A stretch of DNA of 64,000 nt from Eledone cirrhosa (taxonomy: Eukaryota), in the NCBI GenBank assembly GCA_964016885.1, contig OZ024740.1, positions 293,384,001 through 293,448,000 of the forward strand, written 5' to 3'. Below are positions 10,598-24,472 of this stretch, in pieces (positions within the stretch are counted from its first letter, which is position 1; the number at the start of each line of letters is the position of its first letter). The position numbers and the translations under genes were made by a program. Under the pieces are notes generated by a model. The model saw only the letters and a program-made list of their open reading frames with translations. It was not told the origin of the DNA and did not search any database.

Positions 10598-12587
10598 ATA
10601 ATAATAAATTTGAAGACTAAAATCCAAAGAGGGCTCAATAAGGATAAATATATATCAAATATATGAGAACCGTAGAGCAAATATTTATTAAAATAACAGA
10701 TTAAATTTTAAGCAAAGAATCGCTGCTTTCACCCTTAACGGGATCTTCTGAAACTAACAAAGTCAATCTGTAAACGCAGAAGTGGATATTTCAAAAAACG
10801 TTGCAACCGGAGGAAGACAGGAAGACGATACTTTGGTTCGTGGAAACGTTCCCTGGCAAAGAACGGGGGAAAACGAATATAATACGTCATTAATAGGATC
10901 GGTGAAAAACAATTACGCGCAAAGACAGAACCACGTTTATAGTATAAAAGAAGTCGTAGACTAATGTTCTTTTAGGTGGTTCATAGAGACGTTCTCTGGC
11001 AATGAACGGAAAAAACGAAGATAATACGTCATATGTGTAGCGTAGAGAACAATTGCACGCAAAGATAAAACCACGTAAATGGTATAGCTGAAGTCGTAGA
11101 CTAAAATTTTAACTAGGAAACCGAATGAATCTCCGCTTCAGAGTTAAGAATAAAGTAAATAAAATACAATACAGAAGTAATAGAAATTAAATAAATACAT
11201 ACACGCATGCAAATACGTACATACACAAGCATACGCGAAAACACTTGCCATAGGTATACAAATCCACTCACATATAAATATGTGTGTGTGTGTGTGTGCG
11301 TGTATACAAATAAATAAATAATTAAGTAATATTAATAAATAAATACGTATATAACAAGCACACACACACATACCTACATGTAAATACACAAATGTTCGGA
11401 GACGTAAGTCAACCAAAACATGAAGTACACATATACACACACCCTACATACGTACGAACCCGCATACTCACACAGACGCAAAACTCACGTATACACATAA
11501 CCAAAAGCATTTGTACCAGAATATAATATATACGCCATAACATATACAATCAGATATACGTAAGAGAAAGTATACGTACCTTCACAAAACATACAGGTAA
11601 TATATACTTACCTATGCAAATAAGTAATGGTATAAACATAACATATACTTAGCTACCACATCAAGACGTAAAATATCCGCGTATAGATCGTACTATCCGT
11701 TAGGGTATAATGTGGGGCTGTAATACAGGAAAGTTTTGTGCAATTTATGTTTACAAGCCAAAATTGCCTCAGATTTTTTGTTTAAGATGTGGTCTGTGGC
11801 GTAGAGTATTTCCAGGGCCTCAGCGGCGCAGAGGTCACATGGTCTTTTATTTCCGTTATACGATCTAGCCCTAGCTAGGATCTCCCAGTGTAACTTATAT
11901 TGGGTGTGGTTGTCTTTTAGACTCCAGATATAAGCTGAAAGTGACGTCATATTCCTTCTTAGAGGGTAACGAAAAGAATGGGTATGCATGTAAAGACGCT
12001 GCTTGAATCTATTGGCGGTTAACCCTATGTAGGTCCTACGGGACGTGGGTGTTTCAACCTTATATTTGTAGACAATGTTACTAGAGAGGCATTTCCCGGA
12101 TAGGGGGCAATCAACCCGATTCCTACAATTACAGGGTTGCACGTGTTCCTACGGCTAGGTAGTTTAGCTAAATTTGAAGCTGTGATGTTATGTGCAAGGT
12201 TAGGAGTTGTAGAGTAAGAAATGTTAATAGTATTTCTATTAAAAATGTTACTATATTTATGTGTAGGGGGAAAATGTTCGTAATAAGGGAATGAAAGATC
12301 TTAGCTAATGGTGTGGCCACCTCCATATTATATGGTGGGTTATACCAACAGATGCGACGGGATCTATTTCTTCTAGGTCTATTTTCGTACTTTGTATATG
12401 CTACCTTATCAACAAATCCACTCCGAGCAAGAGCTTCATTGTAATAAGTGGAATGGTCGTTGAAAATATGCTCGTTAGTAGATAGACGATCCACTTCTGC
12501 GTTTATAGATTGACTTTGTTAGTTTCAGAAGATCCCGTTAAGGGTGAAAGCAGCGATTATTTGCTTAAACTTTAATCTCTTATTTTA

Positions 12588-12595
<8 letters not shown>
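10595..12595 (-). mobile_element. Penelope-like element (RT C-terminus plus GIY-YIG) with a 5' inverted pLTR piece
   Basis: ORFs 12168-12494 (YNEALARSGF...WYNPPY) and 11693-12142 (CNCR...CPLSGKCL..NIVY...TYIGLT...FKQR). About 12490-12595 is the reverse complement of about 10681-10787. Confidence 0.9.
12521..12571 (+). ncRNA. HHR-like motif with variant core CAGAAGA (copies at 10705-10755 -, 18292-18342 -, 43983-44032 +)
   Basis: agttt-CAGAAGA-tccc(gttaa)gggt-GAAA-gca...tgCTT-aaact. All three stems pair; U4A is present in all four copies. Confidence 0.65.
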
Positions 12596-12663
<68 letters not shown>

Positions 12664-12676
12664 CAATATAGAAATG

Positions 12677-12725
12677 GCTTCTACAGGTCTAGAACTGTTT
12701 CATTCGGCAGAAATCATCAGGAAGC
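12677..12725 (-). ncRNA. Type I hammerhead ribozyme in a tiny element within (TA)n
   Basis: Minus strand: gcttc-CTGATGA-tttc(tgcc)gaat-GAAA-cag(ttctagac)ctGTA-gaagc. Same family as 20757-20809, 43530-43600 and 53538-53586. Confidence 0.85.
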
Positions 12726-12746
12726 TGACTGTCCAAGTAGAGTGGT

Positions 12747-12816
<70 letters not shown>

Positions 12817-12818
<2 letters not shown>

Positions 12819-13087
12819 CATACGTCAAAACGGCCGGTCGCAAAAGTGAAACTAATTTTTGACAGTTCATCAATATATATATCACTATATAAACATAAAT
12901 ACATATATATGTATGCGTCTATCTATAGAAATGTTTACGTGTGTTCTTTGACTATCACTAAGATGGAGCACTAACTTTACAGCTGTGCCCTATAGATTTG
13001 TATATATATATATATATATATGCGTGTGTGTTTGCATGCACCCACACACAGGGTACATGTGTCTCGGTTTATGTTCGTATAGAGGGA

Positions 13088-13170
<83 letters not shown>

Positions 13171-13539
13171 GGTATGTGTACCCTCCCCCATATACATTTA
13201 TGTATATAAGCAGAGAGAATGTGAATCCCCGAATAGATTTATACATGTGTGTAAATATATATATATATATAAAAAATATATATATATATATATATATATA
13301 ACGTCAGAAGGAGATTTGTATTCATTCCTTTTTTGATAAATTTGTTTCTTTCGTAAATCATATTTATTATAGAAATTGTTTATATGTAAATAAACTTTAT
13401 CATTTGTACATTATATTTACATATATATATGTGAGACCTGTTGTAAAAAAAAAAAACAAATTCATAATCCAAATTGAAAGTAATGACGTACGTAACTGTC
13501 AAAAATTAGTTTCACTTTTGCGACCGGCCGTTTTGACGT

Positions 13540-13544
<5 letters not shown>
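12817..13544. mobile_element. MITE-like element with perfect 51-bp TIRs in (TA)n
   Basis: ggcatacgtcaaaacggccggtcgcaaaagtgaaactaatttttgacagtt (12817-12867) and its exact reverse complement (13494-13544). Interior is microsatellite-rich. Confidence 0.8.
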
Positions 13545-13586
<42 letters not shown>

Positions 13587-13593
13587 ATATATA

Positions 13594-16500
13594 AGGATTA
13601 AAATACTGGAGCGTGTTGGAGTTAAACACTCTCTTCGTATTATAGAAATGACAGTAAAAGGTATAGCTCAATGTAATTAAACAGAGCCGAAGAATTATGA
13701 AAATAAAACAAAGAAGCCTTCAATACATCAAAAGTCTTTATTAGCAAACAATGTTTCGTCCTATTAAGGACTCATCGGGGCAATTAAAACTACAAGAAGC
13801 ACTATCGGCCAATACAAGCCGAAAACTCAGAAGAATATGGAGTGTATATACACTAAAGTATTGGAAGATTATGGGTAAAAATATATAATAAAAATCACTA
13901 AGGAGGTGGATAACATTTTGAACCATATTACAAATATAGTCCAAAGCAAAAAACTAGAGCTAAACAAAGGTGGTTATATAGAGCGGTAGTTATAGTACTA
14001 TATGTAATACAATATAATATAATATAATATACTTGTAACAATATTAAAATTGAAATTGAAATTAAAAGGCACAATATACATATGTATATATATACACACA
14101 CGTACGCACATATACATCAATACACATTTCCATCATTAACAGCACAAATTAAATCTTATTAAACCTTATTAAGAGTTTAAATATAAATAAGCATAATAGG
14201 AATAAAAATAAAAATAATTGTTTCTACTTTAGGCACAAAGCCAGCAATTATCCAGTGCATTACTGGTACTTTATTTTATCGACCCCGTAAGGATGAAAGG
14301 CAAAGTCAACCTCGGCGGGATTTGAACTCAGATCGTAAAGGGACGTAACTATGCTGGAAAGCATGGCGTCCGACCCTCTACCGATACTGCCAATAATAAA
14401 AAATAATACGTATATATAATATACAGTTTAACATGAAGTAATGAAATGATTAAAAGTAAAACATATAATATATAATAAACTATATAATTATATAATATAT
14501 AATATAATATAATAGATAATCTCCGGTTAATTTACACAAACAATATAGATGTCACAATAACACTATAATAATAATATATAATGGCATGTAAGTTAACAAA
14601 TCAATTCATATAGAGTTACAGAGCAGGTGAGAAAAAAATATATATTGTACAATACCAAAATTATGATGGTACAGAATATATAAAATTTAACATATCATAA
14701 TGGTACATAAAATCATCGGTAAGTAATAAAGATCAATAGTACATTTACAAAGAGTTGAATAACAACTTCAATATAAAATAATGAACATAATATAATATAT
14801 AATTACTTATAATTACAAGGTTGGTAAACAGACACATATGTGAATGAGTGAATAAGGGCCAGACAGAAAATACTATGCACAGTAGTATTAATAGATCTGC
14901 AAATGCCTTACCACCAGAGCAGACCTTATCTAATAGTAATCCTACGTGTAATGCATCACTACTTCAGCCAATCAATAGCACCCGGAAGTGTAACTGTAGA
15001 GTGAGTGCTAACTGCCCTTTAAACGGTAACTGCCTCTCTAAGAACATCGTTTATGCTTGCGTAGTTATAACTAATTCCTCTAATAGAACATATATAGGCT
15101 CTACATCTAACACTTTTAAGACTAGGTTTAATTCTCATATCTCTAATTTCAAACATGTTAAGTTTAAGAATTCTAGTTCTTTAGCACACTATATCTGGGA
15201 TCTTAAGGGGGCTAATATACCATATAGCCTTAATTGGCGTTTAGTAGCACGCTCTAATAACCTTTCTACACATACTAAATTTTGTAATCTCTGTATCCTT
15301 GAGACACACTCTATAATTTTCTCTAGTGAATCCTTACTTAATAGAAAGTCTGAGATATTTTCTTCTTGCCCCCACGCTATTTCTAATTCTTACTTTTATT
15401 ATAAACCTAAAGGTCCTAGTAGTGTAAATTGTATTCATTAGCTGATATATTCCATTACTTATTTTTTTAGTTTAGGTTCATTTTGTTTACCACCATTATT
15501 ATCATCATTATTATCATTGGTTTTTGACATCTTTTTATTCTAGCTCTCATAATCTTTTGGCTACTATACCATATCTATCTTCTTACACATTAAATTTTCA
15601 CTATTAACACCTTATGAGTATATATCTGATTATATATTTTATATTATTTTATTTCATTTTATTTTATTTTATTTGGATTCTTCTTTGGATAACTATATTG
15701 TATTGCCTTATTAAGTATTTTAAATATTTTCAATATTAATTTATCAAATAGGGTTTTCTAGTCATTTATCCGGGTTGTTTCCTAAGTTTTTACTTAACTG
15801 CATGTGAGACCTAAGTAAATACTTTTGTTTTTGTTTTTTGATTTCCGGTCGATTTTATTTATTTATTTATTAATACTACTGTGCATAGTCTTTTCTGTCT
15901 GGCCCTTATTCACTCATTCACATATGTGTCTGTTTACCAACCTTGTAATTATAAGTAATTATATATTATATTATGTTCATTATTTTATATTGAAGTTGTT
16001 ATTCAACTCTTTGTAAATGTACTATTGATCCTTATTACTTACCGATGATTTTATGTACCATTATGATATGTTAAATTTTATATATCATGTAAGATGTTTA
16101 TATTTTTGTACCATCATAATTTTGGGTATTGTACAATTTATATTTTTTCTCACCTGCTCTGTAACTCTATATGAATTGATTTGTTAACTTACATGCCATT
16201 ATATATGATTATATTATTATTATAATGTTATTGTGACATCTATATTGTTTGTGTAAAGTAACCGGAGATTATCTATTATATTATATTATATATTATATAA
16301 TTATATAGTTTATTATATATTATATGTTTTTCTTTTAATCATTTCATTACATCATGTTATACTGTATATTATATATACGTATTATTTTTATTTTTATTCC
16401 TATTATGCTTATTTATATTTAAACTCTTAATAAGGTTTATAAGGTTTAATTTGTGCTGTTAATGATGGAAATGTGTATTGATGTATATGTGCGTACGTTC

Positions 16501-16880
16501 TGTGTATATATATACATATGTATATTGTGCCTTTTAATTTTAATTTCAATTTTAATATTGTTACAAGTATATTATATTATATTATATTGTATTACATATA
16601 GTACTATAACTCCCGCTCTATATAACCACCTTTGTTTAGCTCTATTTTTTTGCTTTGGACTATATTTGTAATATGGTTCAAAATGTTATCCACCTCCTTA
16701 GTGATTTTTATTATATATTTTTACCCATAATCTTCCAATACTTTAGTGTATGTATACTCCATATTCTTCTGAGTTTTCGGCTTGTATTGGCCGATAGTGC
16801 TTCTTGTAGTTTTAATTGCCCTGATGTTGGCTAATAAAGACTTTTGATGTATTGAAGGCTTCTTTGTTTTATTTTCATAA
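13594..16880 (+). mobile_element. Penelope-like element: GIY-YIG 3' end flanked by about 1-kb inverted terminal-repeat copies
   Basis: ORF to 15441: KCNCRVSANCPLNGNCLSKNIVY...TYIGST...FKTRFNSH...CNLC. Arms 13695-14893 / 15868-16880. Confidence 0.9.
13743..13783 (-). ncRNA. Degenerate HHR in the inverted pLTR arm
   Basis: Minus strand: ttgcc-CCGATGA-gtcc(ttaata)ggac-GAAA-cattGTT-tgctAATAAA. Confidence 0.6.
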
Positions 16881-16896
16881 ATATATATATATACAT

Positions 16897-17002
<106 letters not shown>

Positions 17003-17087
17003 AAAATATATATAAGGAAAAAAGATGATATCGAAAATGCAACTGGAATCTTATTTTTTTTTTTTAAATATATATATTTATTTGGTT

Positions 17088-17124
17088 CCTTTACCGGTTT
17101 CGCAGTTCTTCTGCTTTTCAAAAG
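17088..17124 (-). ncRNA. HHR with U3-A8 variant core
   Basis: Minus strand: ctt-TTGAAAA-gcag(aagaa)ctgc-GAAA-ccGGTA-aagg, followed by AATAAA. Palindromic accggt stem III. Confidence 0.6.
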
Positions 17125-18113
17125 TAGAATTGAGATGGAGGGTCTGTGCTTTTTCTCACGTGAGATGTGAGAAAATAAGCCTCCAGTTGTATTTTCGATT
17201 TCATTTTTTTCCTTATACTCTCACTCGTGTAGGACACCGGTTATTTTTCATTTTATAAAAAAACCTCACTTTCTAATATATATATATATAAACACACACA
17301 TATATATATATACAGACACAGTAAGAAAATATGTTTTTCATTTACTGTACAATAATACTGTTTCTACTTTTGGCACAAGGCCAGCAATTACTGGCACTTT
17401 ATTTTATCGACCCCGTAAGGATGTAAGGCAGAGTTAACCTCGGTGGGATTTGAACTCAGACCGTAAAGGGCCGTAACTCTATGCTTCAAAGCATAGCGTC
17501 CGACACTCTAGTGATGCTGCCAATCCACATGTTGTCCACGTTTATGTCTAACCCACCAGAGTAAATGAAATCCTTGATCTAGCAGGACGTAGGATCAAAA
17601 TGTTCCAGCTATGTCCATTCCTTCTTTTATTCACCAAGCTTTAAATTCTTAGACGTGCCTTTGTTTTTTAAGACTCAAGTGTAGTTCGGAAGGATTTTAA
17701 CTGGTATTTTTTGCTGATTGGTTGGTTCAGGGGCAGTGGAAGCATTTCTGATGTGAGGGCCGCGAGGGGTGGCAGATTTGGACAATTTAGTTGTAGTGAT
17801 TAGTTTAGCTCTTTGCACTCTAAAATGTTCAGAAAGCTTCCATATACAATGAACATAACATGTACATAAATTATAGCGCATATCCAAATAGATGTGTGTT
17901 TTGGTAGTTAGGGAGAAGATATAATTATTGGAGGGAGGCATGCCCCCCCCCCCCAGTTACACCTATTTCCACCATCACTGTATATATATATATATATATA
18001 ATTTAAAACAATTATACTCTGTGTTCTTTCCTAAGGGGTTAATACATCGAGCTTCTTCGCATTTGGTAAGAAACTGGTATTATACCCAATTTATTCATCT
18101 CCTTTATATATAT

Positions 18114-18716
18114 ACTAGCAGAATGGCCCGGCGTTGCTCGGGATTTGTTCTAGGGTTCTTATATATTTAATAAATATTTATCCTTATCGAGCCTCGTGAA
18201 ATAAATACGTTTGTTTATATTTTGCTATTGTGTATGCAAAAATATATGTACACGAATATATAATTATATATATATTAAAATAACAGATTAAAGTTTAAGC
18301 AATGAATCGCTGCTTTCATCCTTGACGGGATCTTCTGAAACTAAAAAAATCAATCTGTCAACGCAGAAGTAAATATTTCGAAAAACGTTTCACACTATAT
18401 ATATACATATATACACACACACAGCTACGTCATAATGTCGTAATGCAGACAGCCAGACATACAGACAGATATTATAAGGGCGCAACGTTATATCTATGTA
18501 TCTATCTAAAAAGAGAAAGACTAAGAGTTATAGAGAGAGATCGTTAAATCGCCTAATGCGGTCCGTAGGGCATGGACAATTTGAAATTATTTTTACTCAA
18601 AACACTCACAGGACCATAAGTATTACATGTGAAAAGTTTCAAAACAATCGGTTTGGTGGTTCTCGAGCTTTAGTGATCGGACAGACAGACAGACATTCTC
18701 TGTTTTAGATATATAT
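18114..18716 (+). mobile_element. Non-autonomous Helentron-like element carrying a PLE/HHR fragment
   Basis: Starts actagcagaatggcccggcgttgctcggg and ends acagacagacagacattctctgttttagatatat. Internal 18145-18390 is homologous to PLE pLTR 10625-10803. Confidence 0.7.
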
Positions 18717-18928
18717 ATTTGTTTGACCTGTTTGGCTTGCTTCGTTTCTTTGGCTTAGGTGGCTGATGGCTTCTTGATCGCCATCTCAGTTTGTTTGGCC
18801 TTTATAACTTATGTTTATTGCTCTGGTCTTTTATTAGTCCATGGGGCGCTTGCCAGCATAACTTGGATATTGCGTTTCGTTTTGTTTTCGACCACTGCCG
18901 AAATTCGACCTAGCTGAAATTATATTTG

Positions 18929-20603
<1,675 letters not shown>

Positions 20604-20649
20604 TATGGAATACTGTTGGCTTCTTGCTACAATAATTTCTATACTTTTC

Positions 20650-20701
<52 letters not shown>

Positions 20702-20707
<6 letters not shown>

Positions 20708-20811
20708 TTCTACAGGACTAGAACTGTTTCATTCTTTAGAAATCATCAGGAATCCTGAGATTCCTGATGATTTCTAAAGAATGAAACAGTTCTAGTCCTG
20801 TAGAATCTCAT
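20702..20811. repeat. Perfect 53-bp inverted repeat made of two back-to-back HHRs
   Basis: 20702-20754 is the exact reverse complement of 20759-20811, with a 4-nt spacer. Confidence 0.92.
20757..20809 (+). ncRNA. Type I hammerhead ribozyme
   Basis: gagattc-CTGATGA-tttc(taaa)gaat-GAAA-cag(ttctagtc)ctGTA-gaatctc. Perfect 7-bp stem I. Confidence 0.88.
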
Positions 20812-21185
20812 CTATATTAAAACTTTTATACTCTGCTATGTATTGAGTACCTTACTTACTGTGGTTACCTCCGATTCAGCCCGGAATAACTTACCTTATA
20901 TATATATATATTTATTTATTTATTAAAGTATTTGCTCAAGGGTTCTTATATATTTGATATATATTTGATATATATTTGTCCTTATCGAGCCCTCTTTGGA
21001 TCTTAGTCTTCACATTTATTATTATTACTATATATGTATGAATTTGTTTTGCAAGGTTTTTGATATGAAATCATCGTGTATCGAAACAAATATTGCTATA
21101 AAAGAAATAGGATTTCGCTTCAAGCATAGCTTTATACAAATATATATATACATGCAAATATATATATACAAGTCATACAAATATA

Positions 21186-21518
21186 TATAGAAATTTCGTA
21201 TTTCTAAAGAAATACGATAGCAACATATACAGGCAACATTTAGGAAGCCGTAGCTATGCAAACACCGGGGCTAACGCCCTCTGGTGGTGTCCAGCAGAAG
21301 CAAGGGGGACAACCGTCTATGCATTTCAGGCTTCATCAGGACAGTCCCTCCCACCGCTTGCAACTGTTGGACTTGAGAACAGTCGAGAATATATAGTTTT
21401 CTCGTCCATGTAAATTTACACTACCAGAGGGCGTTAGCCCCGGTGTTTGCATAGCTACGGCTTCCTAAACGTTTCCTGTCAACATACCGTATTTCTTTAG
21501 AAATACGAAATTTCTATA
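21186..21518. mobile_element. Fold-back element (about 100-bp inverted arms) enclosing an ultra-minimal HHR
   Basis: Arms about 21186-21288 / 21418-21518. HHR on - strand 21311-21346: gactgtc-CTGATGA-agcct-GAAA-tgCATA-gacggtt. Confidence 0.75.
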
Positions 21519-21524
21519 AATATT

Positions 21525-24266
21525 TTTATACTTGGGGAGGGTCATATTGTTATAATACTGCCAGAAATAATAACAGAACACACTCGCTGTTTGGTTTGGG
21601 TTGGTTTTCACTTCTGTATATTTTATATCTCCATAGTTAATTTATTTGGCAATCAATGTTTATCATTGATTGACCAGCGGTTAAAAATAAAGATATGAAT
21701 ATATATCAAAGGTATATATTGAGTTAGAAACTCAAAATGGTCTCTTCCAATTAAATAGCTCAGGGAAAGAGATTTTTTCCGAGCCGTGTAATATAATTGA
21801 ATATAAAAGAGAGATAAACACAGGTATATACATATGTGTTCAAATCGTAAGGGATCAGATTCGCTAGGGTGAAAAAAGTACTACGATATAAATATATATA
21901 GTCTATCAAAGTTCTTTCGTCGCACATCTGCGACATCATCAGTGGTGCTATTATGTTTCTTCCCATTGTATTGTAATGTCTACGCCATTTTTATTTAATT
22001 AAATAATTTATTTCTTCTACTCTGTCTCTGCGCATGCGTTTGAGTGTGTGTATAATGTTTGGTGTGTGTGTGTGTTCGCGTTTGAGTGTATGTGTTTTTG
22101 TTTTTGTATTCTATCTTTGATCACTAGTGTGTGTTTATATGTGTTTGTTTTTATTGTACTTGTGTATATGTTTATTTATTTATTTTTCCCTTAAGTCAGT
22201 ATCGTTTGTTTGGGTATGGTTGTTGTTGTTATTCCATTCGTTCTTTCTGTTAACTTTGGTCTTTTTAGTTCTATCTCAGTTGCTTCTCTGATTTGCCTAC
22301 CTGTTGAGTCATTTCTATGCTTGGATATTATTTTAATTTCTATGTTGTTTATATTACCGTCATGTCTGGCGTGTTCACATAGTACTGAACCGTTTTTTTC
22401 TCCTTTTAGTTCCGCCCCCGCCCCCTCCCCTGGTGTTCGGCTATACTTTCTCCTATGCTTCGAGCTATCTCACCTTTGTATGTCATTGTCATGTTTCTGC
22501 AAGTACCCTCTGTACATCTTATGCTATAGACTACATTTCTAGTTTTACAATTTATCTGGGGGTTCATTCTACATATAACACATTTCTTATTCGCACAGTG
22601 GGTTTTCTTAAAGGGGTATGTCTTGCTGATCAGAGATTTTATGGTAGTTCCTGGCTTTTCTACCACTTTTATCTTTTGTTGGGTCTTTCTTAGGGCCTTT
22701 CTACATTGCTTAGCTAATTTATTAGCTAAGCAATGTAGAAAGGCCCTAGGAGTAGCATCCACGAACATCACACTCTGGTATCTCTGGTTGTCGTACCACG
22801 AAGTGGCTTTCCCTATCTTATGTTTAGCTCTATCTAAGCTATTCCATGATTTTCTCCTGTATGAAGGGCAAATTCCTTTCATGTCCATTTCTATGAGGGT
22901 CTTATATTTCTCCGTGGCTCCTTTGTATACTCTTATTGTGTCTCTTTGGTTGTAGCCAGAGAACTGCATACGAATGATGAAGTGTTGGATGTGTCTTTCT
23001 ATTTCAGTTGGGTCGCACATGCGGGACACAACTTCATCACTCTTATCAAGTCTGCGATCAGAATATTAAACTTAGCACTATTGGACATTGCTGAGTTTTT
23101 GAGTATCAGGTATTTGGAGGCCATGGGTTTAGCATAATGTGAGTGGAGAATTTGGGTACTCTCGTCTATAGTGTTTATCCAGAGTTCCGTGTCTAATACT
23201 GGTAGTCTATTGTTAGGGTGTTTGGAAGGGTAGTCAAGGGTTACAGTTATACTCAGGTGTATCTATCTGCTGGATGCTCTGCATTGTGCTATTTTATAAT
23301 TCATGTTTATTAGTACTCTCTTGTCGGGGTGTTCTTATTACTATATTAATATCGTCTACGCATAGAGAGTACATGACGAGGGCTATGGAGTTCTCTTCAA
23401 TGCGTTCTCTGAGTCTCCTTTCTCACCATACCATAAATAGATTGGCAACATCGCCAGTTATGCTGACGCCAATGGCTGCTCCCTCTTTCTGGGTGTAGAT
23501 TCTTTTCATTAAATTTAAACATATGGCCCTGTAGGGTAGTATTAATACTAGCCCCTATTGCATATGCGACCATTTTTCTCACCTGATCATTGTTTTGGGA
23601 TGTCCGTATGGCTTTGGTCCATCCATTCCATCTTCCCATGGGAGTCTTTTTAGCCATTGAGGTTATGGTGGGGGGTCTACCTCTTATAGGTCTACTGGGG
23701 CAGAAACATCTAAGGTCATGATTATCTAGGTATTCGGTGTAATAAGTAAGTCTAAGTGGGAGGCCCAGTTCATCTGTGTCGATGTCGCAGAACTCCACTT
23801 CGCTCTCATTGATTATTTCCACACATTTTTCCACAGCAAAATCAATTTTAATGGTTGGGTACAGTTATATTACATCCATACTGCCTATTATGCAGTTAGT
23901 TAAGTTTTTGTTGTTGTTGCATTCATTGACTCTGCTGAGGAGGTCCTCTGTGCTGTCACATATATCTGGGGACATCTTAATTATGGGGCGTATAATCATA
24001 GAGAGGAAGTAGGAATTCTGTAGTTGCTAGCAATATTGGCTCCGCAGATAGGTAGTGTTGGTGGTCCTGTCGTCTTTGATTGTATATATATATATATATG
24101 TATTTTTAACCGCTGGTCAATCAATGATAATTATTGATTGCGAAATAAATTAACTATGGAGATATAAAAGATACAGAAGCGAGAACCAACCCAAACCAAA
24201 CAGTGAGTGTGTTCTGTTATTATTTCTGGCAATATTCTAACAATAGGACCCTCCCCAAGTATAACA

Positions 24267-24270
<4 letters not shown>
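21525..24270 (-). mobile_element. Penelope-like element (Neptune-like), longest copy: decayed RT plus GIY-YIG, 5' inverted terminus
   Basis: RT motifs GAAIGVSITGDVANLFMVW and (C)VDDINIV; IIRMQFSGY...FVDATP; NCKTRNVVYSIRC. 24098-24270 is the reverse complement of about 21525-21697. HHR at 21905-21947. Confidence 0.9.
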
Positions 24271-24322
<52 letters not shown>

Positions 24323-24355
24323 AACAGAAAGATGCAGTAAAAGAGATTTATTCGG

Positions 24356-24472
24356 TTCTAACATACGTTTCAATAGACATCAATTTGCCTAGATCTCGCT
24401 GCATCTATAATATTATATAGTTAGTAGAGCATTCGACATCCAATGCACAATCGATTCCATATCATCAGAGAT
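24356..24472 (-). ncRNA. HHR with about 90-nt stem II insertion
   Basis: Minus strand: tct-CTGATGA-tatggaatcgatt...aattgatgtctatt-GAAA-cgtatGTT-aga, then AATAAA. Stem II base pairs over about 12 bp. Confidence 0.55.

Noticed and set aside
11693-15441. GIY-YIG ORFs as host genes or homing endonucleases
   Set aside because: They are 5'-truncated, adjacent to PLE RT remnants and pLTR/HHR, so they are Penelope-like fragments.
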